NCBI GenBank assembly: GCA_033764955.1
Contig: JANRIL010000038.1
Location: 64,001-128,000, forward strand
Direction of reading: 5' to 3'
Source: Cyanobacteriota bacterium
GTDB lineage: Bacteria > Cyanobacteriota > Cyanobacteriia > Thermostichales > Thermostichaceae
DNA length: 64,000 bases
Part shown: positions 1 to 8,298 of the stretch, in pieces
How the letters are laid out: each line of letters opens with the position of its first letter
How positions within the stretch are numbered: position 1 is the first letter of the stretch
Position numbers and translations under genes: made by a program
Notes under the pieces: model-generated
Told to the model about the DNA's origin: nothing
Seen by the model: only the letters and a program-made list of their open reading frames with translations
Database searches by the model: none

Positions 1-56
1 GTGGCAATCAAAAATCCCGCTAAAACGAACAGCCCTACGATCAAAAGCCCAGCCAT
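1..56 (-). CDS. 5' end of a membrane/secreted protein running off the window edge (MAGLLIVGLFVLAGFLIA...)
   Basis: Manual translation; ATG at 56 preceded by GAGGA; hydrophobic N-terminus. Confidence 0.55.
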   Translation of the reverse strand, partial: MAGLLIVGLFVLAGFLIA

Positions 57-65
57 AATCTATCC

Positions 66-134
66 TCATTGGGACAGCCAAATTACACTCATCAGCAAAG
101 CCACCAGGATAATTAGCAAAAGTGCCACCCCCAT
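66..134 (-). CDS. Candidate 22-aa single-TM small protein (MGVALLLIILVALLMSVIWLSQ)
   Basis: ATG 3 nt after the upstream TAA, GGAG upstream; fills the intergenic gap; its TGA overlaps the RBS of the next gene. Confidence 0.45.
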   Translation of the reverse strand: MGVALLLIILVALLMSVIWLSQ

Positions 135-137
135 CCT

Positions 138-1283
138 TTAGGCTCCTGTCATCAGACCGCCACTCAGTTTGCGAATGGCGGTTGCCGCCACATCACTGTA
201 GCGCAACTCTCCCGCTAGAATCTGCCCCATACGACGGGTAGCGGCAGGGCGCTTCACCCCGATGCGATAGGCCACCCCTGGCAGGCGATAAAACACAGAT
301 GCGATTCGCTTTGCCCAGCGCATCTCGGATCCCCATTCCTGCTGGACTTGCTGCGAATAAGCAGGTAGAGCCTCTTGATCTCCCCCCAGGGCAGCACTAA
401 TGGCAGTCGCAGCCAGTTTGCCCGTCAGAAGAGAGGGGCGGATCCCTTCAGCAGTAAAGGGGTCAATCACACAGGCGGCATCCCCCACCAGCAGGGCATT
501 TTGGGTATGCAGGGGTTGATCTTCATCCCAGAGGCAAATGGGGTGTCCATAATGCTTGATGGTTGATAGATCCACCCCAAACAACTGAGCATAGTCCTGG
601 GTAATGGTCTTCAGATTTTGTTTTTCTCCGCCACGGAAGGTGCCCGCCCCAATCGAATAGCCGTCCGCCTTGGGAAAATTCCAGATATAGCCGTTGCTGA
701 CCGAACCAAAGTCAAAGTGGGCGGCGGCGGTATCGGGATCCCTTAAGCGAGCCTCTACTTCGAGGGCAGCGGCCAACCGTCGTTGTCGCTCCTGAAAGCC
801 CAGCCATTTCGCTAGGGATCCCTTGGCTCCATCCGCCGCAATCAGATAGGTAGCCCGATAGATCGCGTCGGGGGTGAGAATTTGCCAGTGATCACTGTGC
901 CATTGGATGCCCGTGACAGCAGTTTGATCCATCACCTGACAGCCCTGTCGTTGCGCCTGCTCAATCAAAAAGTGGTCAAACACCTCCCGTCTGACCATCC
1001 AGACAGGTTCTTTGAGATCCAATTCGGCCACCACCGGATCGCCGAGCTTCCAGGTATAGCGAATTTGGTTGATCTTGAGGGCAATGGCAGGGGAGAAGTC
1101 AAAATCAAACCACTCCGCTACCATAGGCGATACTCCTCCCCCGCAGGGCTTGTAGCGGGGTAATGCCTCCTTTTCCAAGAGGGCAACGCGATGTCCCGCT
1201 TTAGCCAGATGATAGGCAGCAGATCCTCCCGCTGGCCCTCCTCCCACAATCAAACAGTCATAGCGCGGTTCAGACATACACAT
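138..1283 (-). CDS. Geranylgeranyl reductase family FAD-dependent oxidoreductase
   Basis: GGGPAG Rossmann motif, KPCGGG, AADG, GDAA...DPFTAEGI. Confidence 0.9.
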   Translation of the reverse strand: MCMSEPRYDCLIVGGGPAGGSAAYHLAKAGHRVALLEKEALPRYKPCGGGVSPMVAEWFDFDFSPAIALKINQIRYTWKLGDPVVAELDLKEPVWMVRREVFDHFLIEQAQRQGCQVMDQTAVTGIQWHSDHWQILTPDAIYRATYLIAADGAKGSLAKWLGFQERQRRLAAALEVEARLRDPDTAAAHFDFGSVSNGYIWNFPKADGYSIGAGTFRGGEKQNLKTITQDYAQLFGVDLSTIKHYGHPICLWDEDQPLHTQNALLVGDAACVIDPFTAEGIRPSLLTGKLAATAISAALGGDQEALPAYSQQVQQEWGSEMRWAKRIASVFYRLPGVAYRIGVKRPAATRRMGQILAGELRYSDVAATAIRKLSGGLMTGA

Positions 1284-1349
1284 CCCTCCTCAGACAGCCA
1301 AAGTGTAAAAATCATACCGCTCCGCTTGTTGTTAAAGGGATCCCCAAGG

Positions 1350-2669
1350 TCAGAGGGTGGTCGTGGGATCCAGGAGGACAACCTGCACCCGCACCCGTTG
1401 TTGATCCTCCAACACCGTCAGATGCACATGCTCAATCGTCAGCCGATCCCCCCCCTGGGGTTGGCGACTATTGGCTTCCAAAAATAGTCCAGCCAAAGTA
1501 GCGGCCTCACCACGGGGCAGTTCCAGATTCATCTCATTGTTAACGGTAGAGAGGCTGGCACGGATGTTGAAGATAGCCTCCGTATCACTGATCCACTCAA
1601 ACTCTTTTTCTTCAGCAGCGTCATACTCATCGCGGATTTCTCCAACAATCTCCTCCAGCAGATCCTCTAGCGTGATCAGTCCGGCGGTGCCACCAAACTC
1701 ATCGGTCACCACCACCATGTGGATCCCTTCCTCCTGCATTTCCTCCAGCAGATCTCCGGCTGACTTGCTGCTGGGAATATGGCGAACGGGGCGGATCAGT
1801 TCGGCCAGCGTCACGGGGGAGGGGGTCGATTCGGAGACCAGTTGCGCCCGCACCAAATCTTTGACGTGCAGAATACCAATCACATGGTCGATGGAGTCTT
1901 GACAAACGGGCAGGCGGGTGTGGGCACTGGCGGCAGCAATCCCGCAGGCTTCGCTGAGGGGCAGGTGAACCTTGAGGTATTGAATATTCACCCGTGGCAC
2001 CATCACGGCGCGCGCCGTCAGTTCCGAGAGTTCCACAATCCGCCGAATCATCCGTCGCTCGCGGGCATCCACCGTGCCTCCTGCCGCCGCCGCATCGACT
2101 TGAGCTTTCAGCTCTTCCACGGTGATCAGGGCTTGCCGATTGTCAGGATTATTGCCCGTGAGTCTGAGGATGCTGTTGGTAGACTGCTTCAAAAAACTGA
2201 CCATAGGGCGCGAAAGCGTTGATAACCCTTTAATCAGACCAGCTACGCTGAGGGCAATTCCTTCCGCATGAATCAGAGCCAACTGTTTCGGCACCAACTC
2301 TCCCAACACCACCTGTGCCATCAACAACAGCAGGGTGACGATGGTCAAGGCCATGTTTTCTGCCCAATCTCCTACAAAAGGCTCTAAAAACTGGCTGAGG
2401 GGAAGGGAGAGGTTAATAGCGGCGGTGGCAGAGGCCAAAAAGCCAACGAGGGTGATGCCAATCTGAATGGTGGCTAAAAAACTGGTGCTGTCCTCAGTCA
2501 GTTGCAATACCGTTTGGATCTGTTTGGCCAGTCTGGGGGTATCCTGCTCCTCAATTCGGGATTGCAGACGGGCTTTATTCACCGAGACTAAAGCAATTTC
2601 TGCCGCCGCAAACAGGGCATTGATCGCAATTAAAACGAGATTCAGTGCCAGTTGTATCAGGATATCCAT
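1350..2669 (-). CDS. HlyC/CorC (CNNM-CBS-CorC) hemolysin-family transporter
   Basis: FAAAEIALVS, GELVPKQ, CBS pair, DEFGGTAGLITLEDLLEEIVGEIRDEYD. Confidence 0.92.
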   Translation of the reverse strand: MDILIQLALNLVLIAINALFAAAEIALVSVNKARLQSRIEEQDTPRLAKQIQTVLQLTEDSTSFLATIQIGITLVGFLASATAAINLSLPLSQFLEPFVGDWAENMALTIVTLLLLMAQVVLGELVPKQLALIHAEGIALSVAGLIKGLSTLSRPMVSFLKQSTNSILRLTGNNPDNRQALITVEELKAQVDAAAAGGTVDARERRMIRRIVELSELTARAVMVPRVNIQYLKVHLPLSEACGIAAASAHTRLPVCQDSIDHVIGILHVKDLVRAQLVSESTPSPVTLAELIRPVRHIPSSKSAGDLLEEMQEEGIHMVVVTDEFGGTAGLITLEDLLEEIVGEIRDEYDAAEEKEFEWISDTEAIFNIRASLSTVNNEMNLELPRGEAATLAGLFLEANSRQPQGGDRLTIEHVHLTVLEDQQRVRVQVVLLDPTTTL

Positions 2670-2681
2670 AAGAAAGAGGGG

Positions 2682-3143
2682 TTAATGGAAATGCCCAGTC
2701 AGGTTGGGCTGAAAGGGTTGCCGTACCGCATCAAAAGGGATCCCTTGCTGGTGCAGCCAATCTTGCAGAGGACTGTCGTTTTCGGCCAGCAGGGTGCCAT
2801 CGGGGAGGCATTGAGCGGGACGATGCCAATTGCCCAGATGATGAGCCACTCGCCCTAGCTCCAGCAGATTGGTCGGCGTGATGTGCAGCAGGTCTTCTGG
2901 TTGAGCCACCACCCTAATCTCTAGCTGGGAATCTTGATAGAGCAGATCTCCCGCTTGTAGGGTGGATCCCCTGGGCAAGGCCAGCAACAGTTCTCGCCCC
3001 CCCTGTGTGTAGAGGCGCTGACGAATGCGTTGGCGATCGATCCAGGGTAGGGTGACCGTATCGGAGTGGGTAGGGGTAAGGTGATCGGCGGGATCCGCCT
3101 TGTGGCTGATCAAGAGGGGATTACTGGCAAGCCCTTCGCCCAT
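2682..3143 (-). CDS. ureE: Urease accessory protein UreE
   Basis: R-x-R..T..G.E...LPRG..L..GD N-domain; AHHLGNWH; PFQP near C-terminus. Confidence 0.85.
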   Translation of the reverse strand: MGEGLASNPLLISHKADPADHLTPTHSDTVTLPWIDRQRIRQRLYTQGGRELLLALPRGSTLQAGDLLYQDSQLEIRVVAQPEDLLHITPTNLLELGRVAHHLGNWHRPAQCLPDGTLLAENDSPLQDWLHQQGIPFDAVRQPFQPNLTGHFH

Positions 3144-3147
3144 AGCC

Positions 3148-3492
3148 CTAACTAGCCTCTAAAAACTGACTAAGATCTTCTAGCAAACGGGGGAGTTCTA
3201 CCTCGCTGGAGAAACGTAGGCCACTGGCCTTCAGCGTAACCAACACTTTCGCGGCATGGGGGCTAGGCCAAATATTGGGATTACAAAAAACCTCCAGCAC
3301 CAGCCCTTCCTCTTGGCGGCGGTGATCCACAGGGGATTGTTGGTGTGTCGGGGATCCCCCAGCGGTGATGCGGAGCCGTTCCGTCAGGCTTTCTAGCACC
3401 CCCCGCAATTCTTGACAGCCGGCTGGGGATAACGGAAAACGAATCGAGCCAGTTGCGAAGTTGAGGAGAAACTGAGGAGAATAGGTGCTCAT
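3148..3492 (-). CDS. Conserved cyanobacterial hypothetical protein
   Basis: LEVFCNPNIWPSPHAAKVLVT motif; ATG at 3492 preferred as start. Confidence 0.75.
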   Translation of the reverse strand: MSTYSPQFLLNFATGSIRFPLSPAGCQELRGVLESLTERLRITAGGSPTHQQSPVDHRRQEEGLVLEVFCNPNIWPSPHAAKVLVTLKASGLRFSSEVELPRLLEDLSQFLEAS

Positions 3493-3568
3493 GAGGATGA
3501 ATGAATAAAGACCCCGTGACGGTTGCTCTGCCAACCCGCAACCCTAGCCTTTTATGTTAGAGGAGATT

Positions 3569-3898
3569 ATGGACAATAACAGCTTATTACGACAACTGTT
3601 GCTGATGGGAGTGGGCACGACAACCCTCGTGGCGGAGCAACTCAAAAAAACCGCCGATGATCTGGTGCAAAAAGGCAAAATGGATCCCGATGATGCCACC
3701 AACATGATCAACACCATCGCCAATCAGGTGAAGGCGGAACAAACCAACTTTGAGGGCTATCTGCAACGGCAAATTCGCAACATCATGCAGGACTTGGGGG
3801 TACCTCGGCAGGCAGAGATGGATGAGTTGCGGGGACGACTCGACCGCCTAGAGCGGCAAATTCGCCAACTGGAAAATCAGGTTTATCGCGGCAAATAA
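3569..3898 (+). CDS. Phasin-family / coiled-coil protein
   Basis: LLLMGVG...DDLVQKGKM; DLGVPRQAEMDELRGRLDRLE; GAGGAG RBS before ATG 3569. Confidence 0.8.
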   Translation: MDNNSLLRQLLLMGVGTTTLVAEQLKKTADDLVQKGKMDPDDATNMINTIANQVKAEQTNFEGYLQRQIRNIMQDLGVPRQAEMDELRGRLDRLERQIRQLENQVYRGK

Positions 3899-3953
3899 AA
3901 ACCATTTCCCTAGAGGTTGATCAGACCTCCCCATTCACCACAGGAGAAAAGCT

Positions 3954-4730
3954 ATGCATTCCATCGGGGATCCGCAAAGGAGAGACTGGCGGCAATGGCT
4001 CGTGCGGCGGCGTTGGTGGATCCCAGTCTTGGTAGCGGCGCTGCTCTGCCTGCCCTGGGGATCCCTTGGAGGGGGGGAATCAACCAGAACTGCCCTGGCT
4101 CAGTCCAACGCTCTGCCCCAGCCTGTGCAACTGGAGTTACCTGCTGGCTTGGCTCGCTATCGCTATCAAAAAGATCAAGGGGATTATCTGGAGGAAATTA
4201 ACTCCGATAACGGAGCCTATGTGCAGTGGACTAGCCTACCCATTGCGGTCTATATCCAGGATGATCATGCCAGTTGGGCAAAAGCGGTGGAAGCAGCGGT
4301 CAAGGAATGGTCAGAATATGTTCCTCTTAAAGTGGTCAAGAATGCCGAAGCAGCCGCTAGCGGCATCACAATAGAACGGGTAGAAAAAATTGCGGGTATC
4401 AGTGGGGCGGCTCGGCCCGATTTTTTCTTTAGTCCCCAGGGAAAATTGCAACAAAAAGTCTCGATCATCATTGGAGAATATCAGGGGCTAGCGGAAGTAA
4501 CGGCGGTGGCTCGCCACGAGCTGGGTCATGCGCTGGGCTTGTGGGGGCATAGTCCCAACATTCGGGACTTGATGTTTGGGGGTAATCATGCTGAAGCGAT
4601 AGGGGGCAGGGTTTTGCGGGTTCCCAAAATCACCCCACGAGATTTGAACACCCTCAAACGGGTTTATGAGCAACCTACCCTGATGGGTCAAGTGTTTCCC
4701 GAAGGAATACAAAAGCTTTACGGCCAATAA
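3954..4730 (+). CDS. Matrixin-family (M10-like) Zn metalloprotease, exported
   Basis: HELGHALGLWGHS zinc motif, Met-turn DLM, RDLNTLKRVYEQPT; N-terminal hydrophobic segment. Confidence 0.85.
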   Translation: MHSIGDPQRRDWRQWLVRRRWWIPVLVAALLCLPWGSLGGGESTRTALAQSNALPQPVQLELPAGLARYRYQKDQGDYLEEINSDNGAYVQWTSLPIAVYIQDDHASWAKAVEAAVKEWSEYVPLKVVKNAEAAASGITIERVEKIAGISGAARPDFFFSPQGKLQQKVSIIIGEYQGLAEVTAVARHELGHALGLWGHSPNIRDLMFGGNHAEAIGGRVLRVPKITPRDLNTLKRVYEQPTLMGQVFPEGIQKLYGQ

Positions 4731-4757
4731 AGAAACCTTGGCCTTTTTCTACCCCCA

Positions 4758-5345
4758 TTATTCATCACAACGAGACACTCCCTGGGCGCAATAAGTACTC
4801 CACCAAGGATTAAAAGTAGCTTCATCTTCTGCCATCAGACTGTTGTCTAGTAAGGCTTGAAAACTACTCTTGTCATCCCCGTAGCGCAAATGCATGTGGA
4901 CAGGATCCCCATGCGGGGAACGCAATATCACATACTTAAATTGGTTGCAATCACTATTTTCATTGGATGTCTGCAACTCAAACATATCCCAGATAGAACC
5001 CAAGGATTTTTCGGGATAGTAGAATGGATCGCCGGCGGCTCCTCGATAAACATAACGACAATTTTCCGCTAGAGGAGTTTTGCCTTCCATATCTTTATAA
5101 AAGGAGAAATACTCCATTTGCTTAAAGACTACTCGGCCTGGATTGCGGGGATCCTGAGTAGAGGACTCTAGAGATGTATCAAGAGTGAAAGTGCCATCGA
5201 CTCCCAAAAAAGGTTGCTTATAAGCATTGGGTGAAACAACTTGTGGCTCGCTGGCTAGGACAGGTGCTGCGGAAATTCCCAAGAGAAAGCCAGTGGCAAA
5301 AACAAGCCTACTAAAGCAGTGGTGGAGATTAGTCAGATTAGTCAT
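4758..5345 (-). CDS. Hypothetical secreted protein
   Basis: 195-aa ORF with signal peptide (..PVLA|SE) and four Cys in the mature part. Confidence 0.7.
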   Translation of the reverse strand: MTNLTNLHHCFSRLVFATGFLLGISAAPVLASEPQVVSPNAYKQPFLGVDGTFTLDTSLESSTQDPRNPGRVVFKQMEYFSFYKDMEGKTPLAENCRYVYRGAAGDPFYYPEKSLGSIWDMFELQTSNENSDCNQFKYVILRSPHGDPVHMHLRYGDDKSSFQALLDNSLMAEDEATFNPWWSTYCAQGVSRCDE

Positions 5346-5690
5346 TGTTGCAACCTAAAGTACATAAACCCTGCTCAGCTCTCTTGAGCATTATTGATCA
5401 GTCATCTGTTCTTAAGAATTATTCGGATGATCTTCCAAATAACTCTATGACTTTTAGCCGACCATGAGCTGATTAGTGTAAGTTGAGTGTAGAAATAATG
5501 ATGCAGAGATAACCATGCCCTGTGGGGGCATAATCTGCTCAATTTAATTATTTATTAAGCATCTTTTGTGGATTAAACGTTCAGGCTTTTTCATGTCTTT
5601 GATGAGGTAAGAGTCAGTCATCCACAAAGGCTCTCGTGTTTTTGGTTGGAGGGATTTTTAGAAGTGCCGGCAAGTGAGCAGTCCCTCAGC

Positions 5691-6278
5691 TTATTCCCTC
5701 TCCCTCAAAGAAGCCAATTGGGAACGCCGCCGATCCACGCCCAAGCACAGTTGAACAAACAACACCCCCAAGGCCATACTCACACTGACAAAACTTGCCC
5801 GTCCTAGCCAGCGCAAAGGTTCTAGTCCTGTCAATCCAATCAACGCCCACGCTCCTGGATGTAGCAGCCCACCCAGCAGCAATACCCGTGCCATCAGATG
5901 ACTACCCCACAATCGGGATCCCATCACCACAATCGCTAGTCCGCCACCAATATTGATGAACCCCATATTGCCCAAGTGGGCATAGCAGATCCACCAGGCT
6001 CGTTTTTGCAGCTTTTGAAAAGGAATATCCAGGGTTGGGGGGGAATCGGGCGCAGAAGGGATAGCAGACAGGGGAGCGGGCGCATCCAGAACAGGATTGG
6101 CAAGGGATCCCGTTTCGCCAGAAGGGGGAGCAGTCAGGCGGAGCGGTTGCACCTGATTGAGGAGGATCCCTAAACAGAGGGCGCTCATGACCATCACCAA
6201 TCCAACTTTGACATTAAGGCGACCGGGCAGCGTCCCTAGCGGGGAATATGGAGGCTGTTGGGGAGGAGGCTGAGACAT
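5691..6278 (-). CDS. Hypothetical multi-pass membrane protein
   Basis: About 4 hydrophobic segments, Pro-rich loop. Confidence 0.7.
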   Translation of the reverse strand: MSQPPPQQPPYSPLGTLPGRLNVKVGLVMVMSALCLGILLNQVQPLRLTAPPSGETGSLANPVLDAPAPLSAIPSAPDSPPTLDIPFQKLQKRAWWICYAHLGNMGFINIGGGLAIVVMGSRLWGSHLMARVLLLGGLLHPGAWALIGLTGLEPLRWLGRASFVSVSMALGVLFVQLCLGVDRRRSQLASLRERE

Positions 6279-6378
6279 CGAACTCAGAAAAAACCAGCAG
6301 TTTCAGTCTGGCACGAACCGCCCCGATATCACCTGGAAATCAAGGGTTGTTCCAGGGAGCGAGGGAATGAGGGCTTGC

Positions 6379-7146
6379 TCAGGGGGCGATCACCAAATCC
6401 ACGCGGCGGTTGCGCTGTCGTCCGGTGGCGGTTTGGTTGTCAGCAACGGGTTGAGACGCACCAAATCCGCTGGCGACCCAACTGTGGGTGTTGCCTGACG
6501 GCAGGAGTTTGATCAGATAATCTTTGACGGCATTGGCTCGTTCCAAGGATAAAACTAGGTTGTAATTGTCTTCACCGATGTTGTCGGTATGTCCAGCCAC
6601 AAGGATGCGGGCATTGGGCATATCCCGCAGAGAATCCGCCACTTTTTGCAGAAGGCTGGCGGCTTCGGGGCGAATCTCAGCTTTGTCGAAGTCAAACAAA
6701 ACATCCCCCGGCAAGCTGATGGTCTGAGTACCCACCTCCAGCGTGCTGCTGGGTATCGTAGGGGGATCCTCTGGGGGTTGCGAAGAGGGGGGAGGGGAGG
6801 GTTCTAGGGTGGGCAGGGTTGGGATAGTCGGCTCAATGACTGCTGAGGTGGAGGGCTGTAGGGTGGGCGTCAACGATTGCCGCTCCAGTTCTGCCTCCAA
6901 GACTTCCACCCGCATCAGTAGGCGGATCACTTCCTGTCTGAGGCTGCGAATTTCCTGCCGTAGATCGGCTGCCGATCCAGAAACGGGGGGATCGGAGGGG
7001 CTAGGAGAGGATTCGATAGAGGGAGATTCCAAGGGCTGAGCAGATAGGGGATCCCAGGTAATCAGCCCCACTATTAGGCTCAATCCCCAGCCTGTACAAG
7101 TGAGCCAAAAGGTGACCCATGACAGGGTAGCCGTCCGTTTACTCAT
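6379..7146 (-). CDS. OmpA-family peptidoglycan-binding protein with coiled coil and Pro-rich linker
   Basis: DVLFDFDKAEI, VAGHTD, LSLERA, RQRNRRVD. Confidence 0.9.
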   Translation of the reverse strand: MSKRTATLSWVTFWLTCTGWGLSLIVGLITWDPLSAQPLESPSIESSPSPSDPPVSGSAADLRQEIRSLRQEVIRLLMRVEVLEAELERQSLTPTLQPSTSAVIEPTIPTLPTLEPSPPPSSQPPEDPPTIPSSTLEVGTQTISLPGDVLFDFDKAEIRPEAASLLQKVADSLRDMPNARILVAGHTDNIGEDNYNLVLSLERANAVKDYLIKLLPSGNTHSWVASGFGASQPVADNQTATGRQRNRRVDLVIAP

Positions 7147-7655
7147 GGGGGTTTCCTCGGATGGTCTGCTCCCCTATTCTGACCTGCTCGGACAGAACTT
7201 GCCTGGAGATAAAGCCGCTTTTGAAGTGCGGCAACATGCCGATTGGGGGTGGGCGGAGATAGATAGCATCCGAGTCAGATTGGATAGAAAATTGGGGTCT
7301 GGGGCAATTGGGGGTAGTGCCCCTGGAGTAATGAGACTATTTACTTGGGGTTCTTCCATTTCTTATCTGAGCCATGTTTACCTGCCCAAACTGTCATTCT
7401 TCTAACTTTGTTAAGCAAGGCAAAACCCATAATAAAAAACAACGATATAGATGCCATGATTACCATAGGCAGTTTACTCCTAACTCCACTCAGAAAGTCA
7501 TTTCGGATGCGGGTAGATCTTTAGCGGATAAACCCTTGCTAGAACGACTTTCTATCGCAGCCATATCTCGGATAACAGACATCTCAGAATCATAGCTATA
7601 AAACTATATCAATCATAGGTTTGCTTATACGTCTCAAATCATGGAGATTTATTCC

Positions 7656-7679
7656 AAGCTTACGGTAGGCTGACGCCAA
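7656..7679 (-). repeat. SDR-like micro-element (reverse orientation) inside IS1
   Basis: Reverse complement TTGGCGTCAGCCTACCGTAAGCTT resembles the copies at 7728 and 8009; boundaries approximate. Confidence 0.55.
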
Positions 7680-7695
7680 CAAAAAAGGCACGTTG

Positions 7696-7711
7696 TTCGC
7701 GTTAGCGTCTT
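7696..7711 (+). repeat. Shortened SDR-like micro-element
   Basis: TTCGCGTTAGCGTCTT after TTG; identical at 52181-52196. Confidence 0.55.
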
Positions 7712-7727
7712 TTCCTGTAATGCGATG

Positions 7728-7750
7728 CTCGTGCAGCTTGGCGTAGCCAT
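7728..7750 (+). repeat. 23-nt SDR-like micro-element
   Basis: CTCGTGCAGCTTGGCGTAGCCAT interrupts the InsB CD(E)LWSFV motif. Confidence 0.75.
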
Positions 7751-8008
7751 TACTGTGGTCGTTTGTGGGATCCAAAGACAATCAACAATAGCTCTGGATT
7801 GTCATGGAGAAAGAGACTCGAATAGTCGTAGCCGCTTCTATCGGATCCAGAACCAGAGAAAGTGTAAAAGGGTTATGGAAGAGACTGCTAAAAATCTGGA
7901 AAAATAATAGTAAGTTCTATACCGGTTTCTGGAAATCTTATCAAAAATTTATTCCTAAAAATCAGTATGAAGCTGTTGGTAAAGAAACAGGGAAACCCTC
8001 TCTAATTG

Positions 8009-8031
8009 TTCGCGTAGCTTGGCGTACCCAT
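8009..8031 (+). repeat. 23-nt SDR-like micro-element
   Basis: TTCGCGTAGCTTGGCGTACCCAT; removal restores ATT GAA CGA, giving IERLTNTLRQR. Confidence 0.8.
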
Positions 8032-8298
8032 AACGATTAACCAACACCCTTAGACAGAGGATTGGAAGGCTAGCAAGAAAAACTCTATTCTTTTCCAAAA
8101 TGCTGGAGAACCGTATTGGGATGATCTTCAACTTTTTGCATCACTACCATGCATCATTACTTGCATAGGACTACCCAACGCGCCATTGGGTGGCCAGATC
8201 GACTGTGAAAACGGATTCCACCCCGTCCGAGCTACCCCTCTGGTGACATCTTGTGTTCTACCTGACCCAGTTAGGCGTTAGACTTTGGATGCTCTAGT

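Larger units (their letters stand above)
7313..8175 (+). mobile_element. Degenerate IS1-family element (insA/insB pseudogene)
   Basis: Imperfect 22-bp TIRs GGTAGTgcccctggAGTAATGA / TCATTACTtgcataggACTACC; InsA zinc ribbon CPNC...QRYRC; InsB remnants LWSFVGSK, FYTGFWKSY, NTLRQRIGRLARKT; several stops and insertions. Confidence 0.9.

Noticed and set aside
5565..5630. Two DnaA-box-like 9-mers (TAATCCACA, TCATCCACA) as oriC
   Set aside because: Only two one-mismatch boxes and no dnaA/dnaN context
7301..8185. Target-site duplication flanking IS1
   Set aside because: Flanks (GCAATTGGG / CAACGCGCC) do not match
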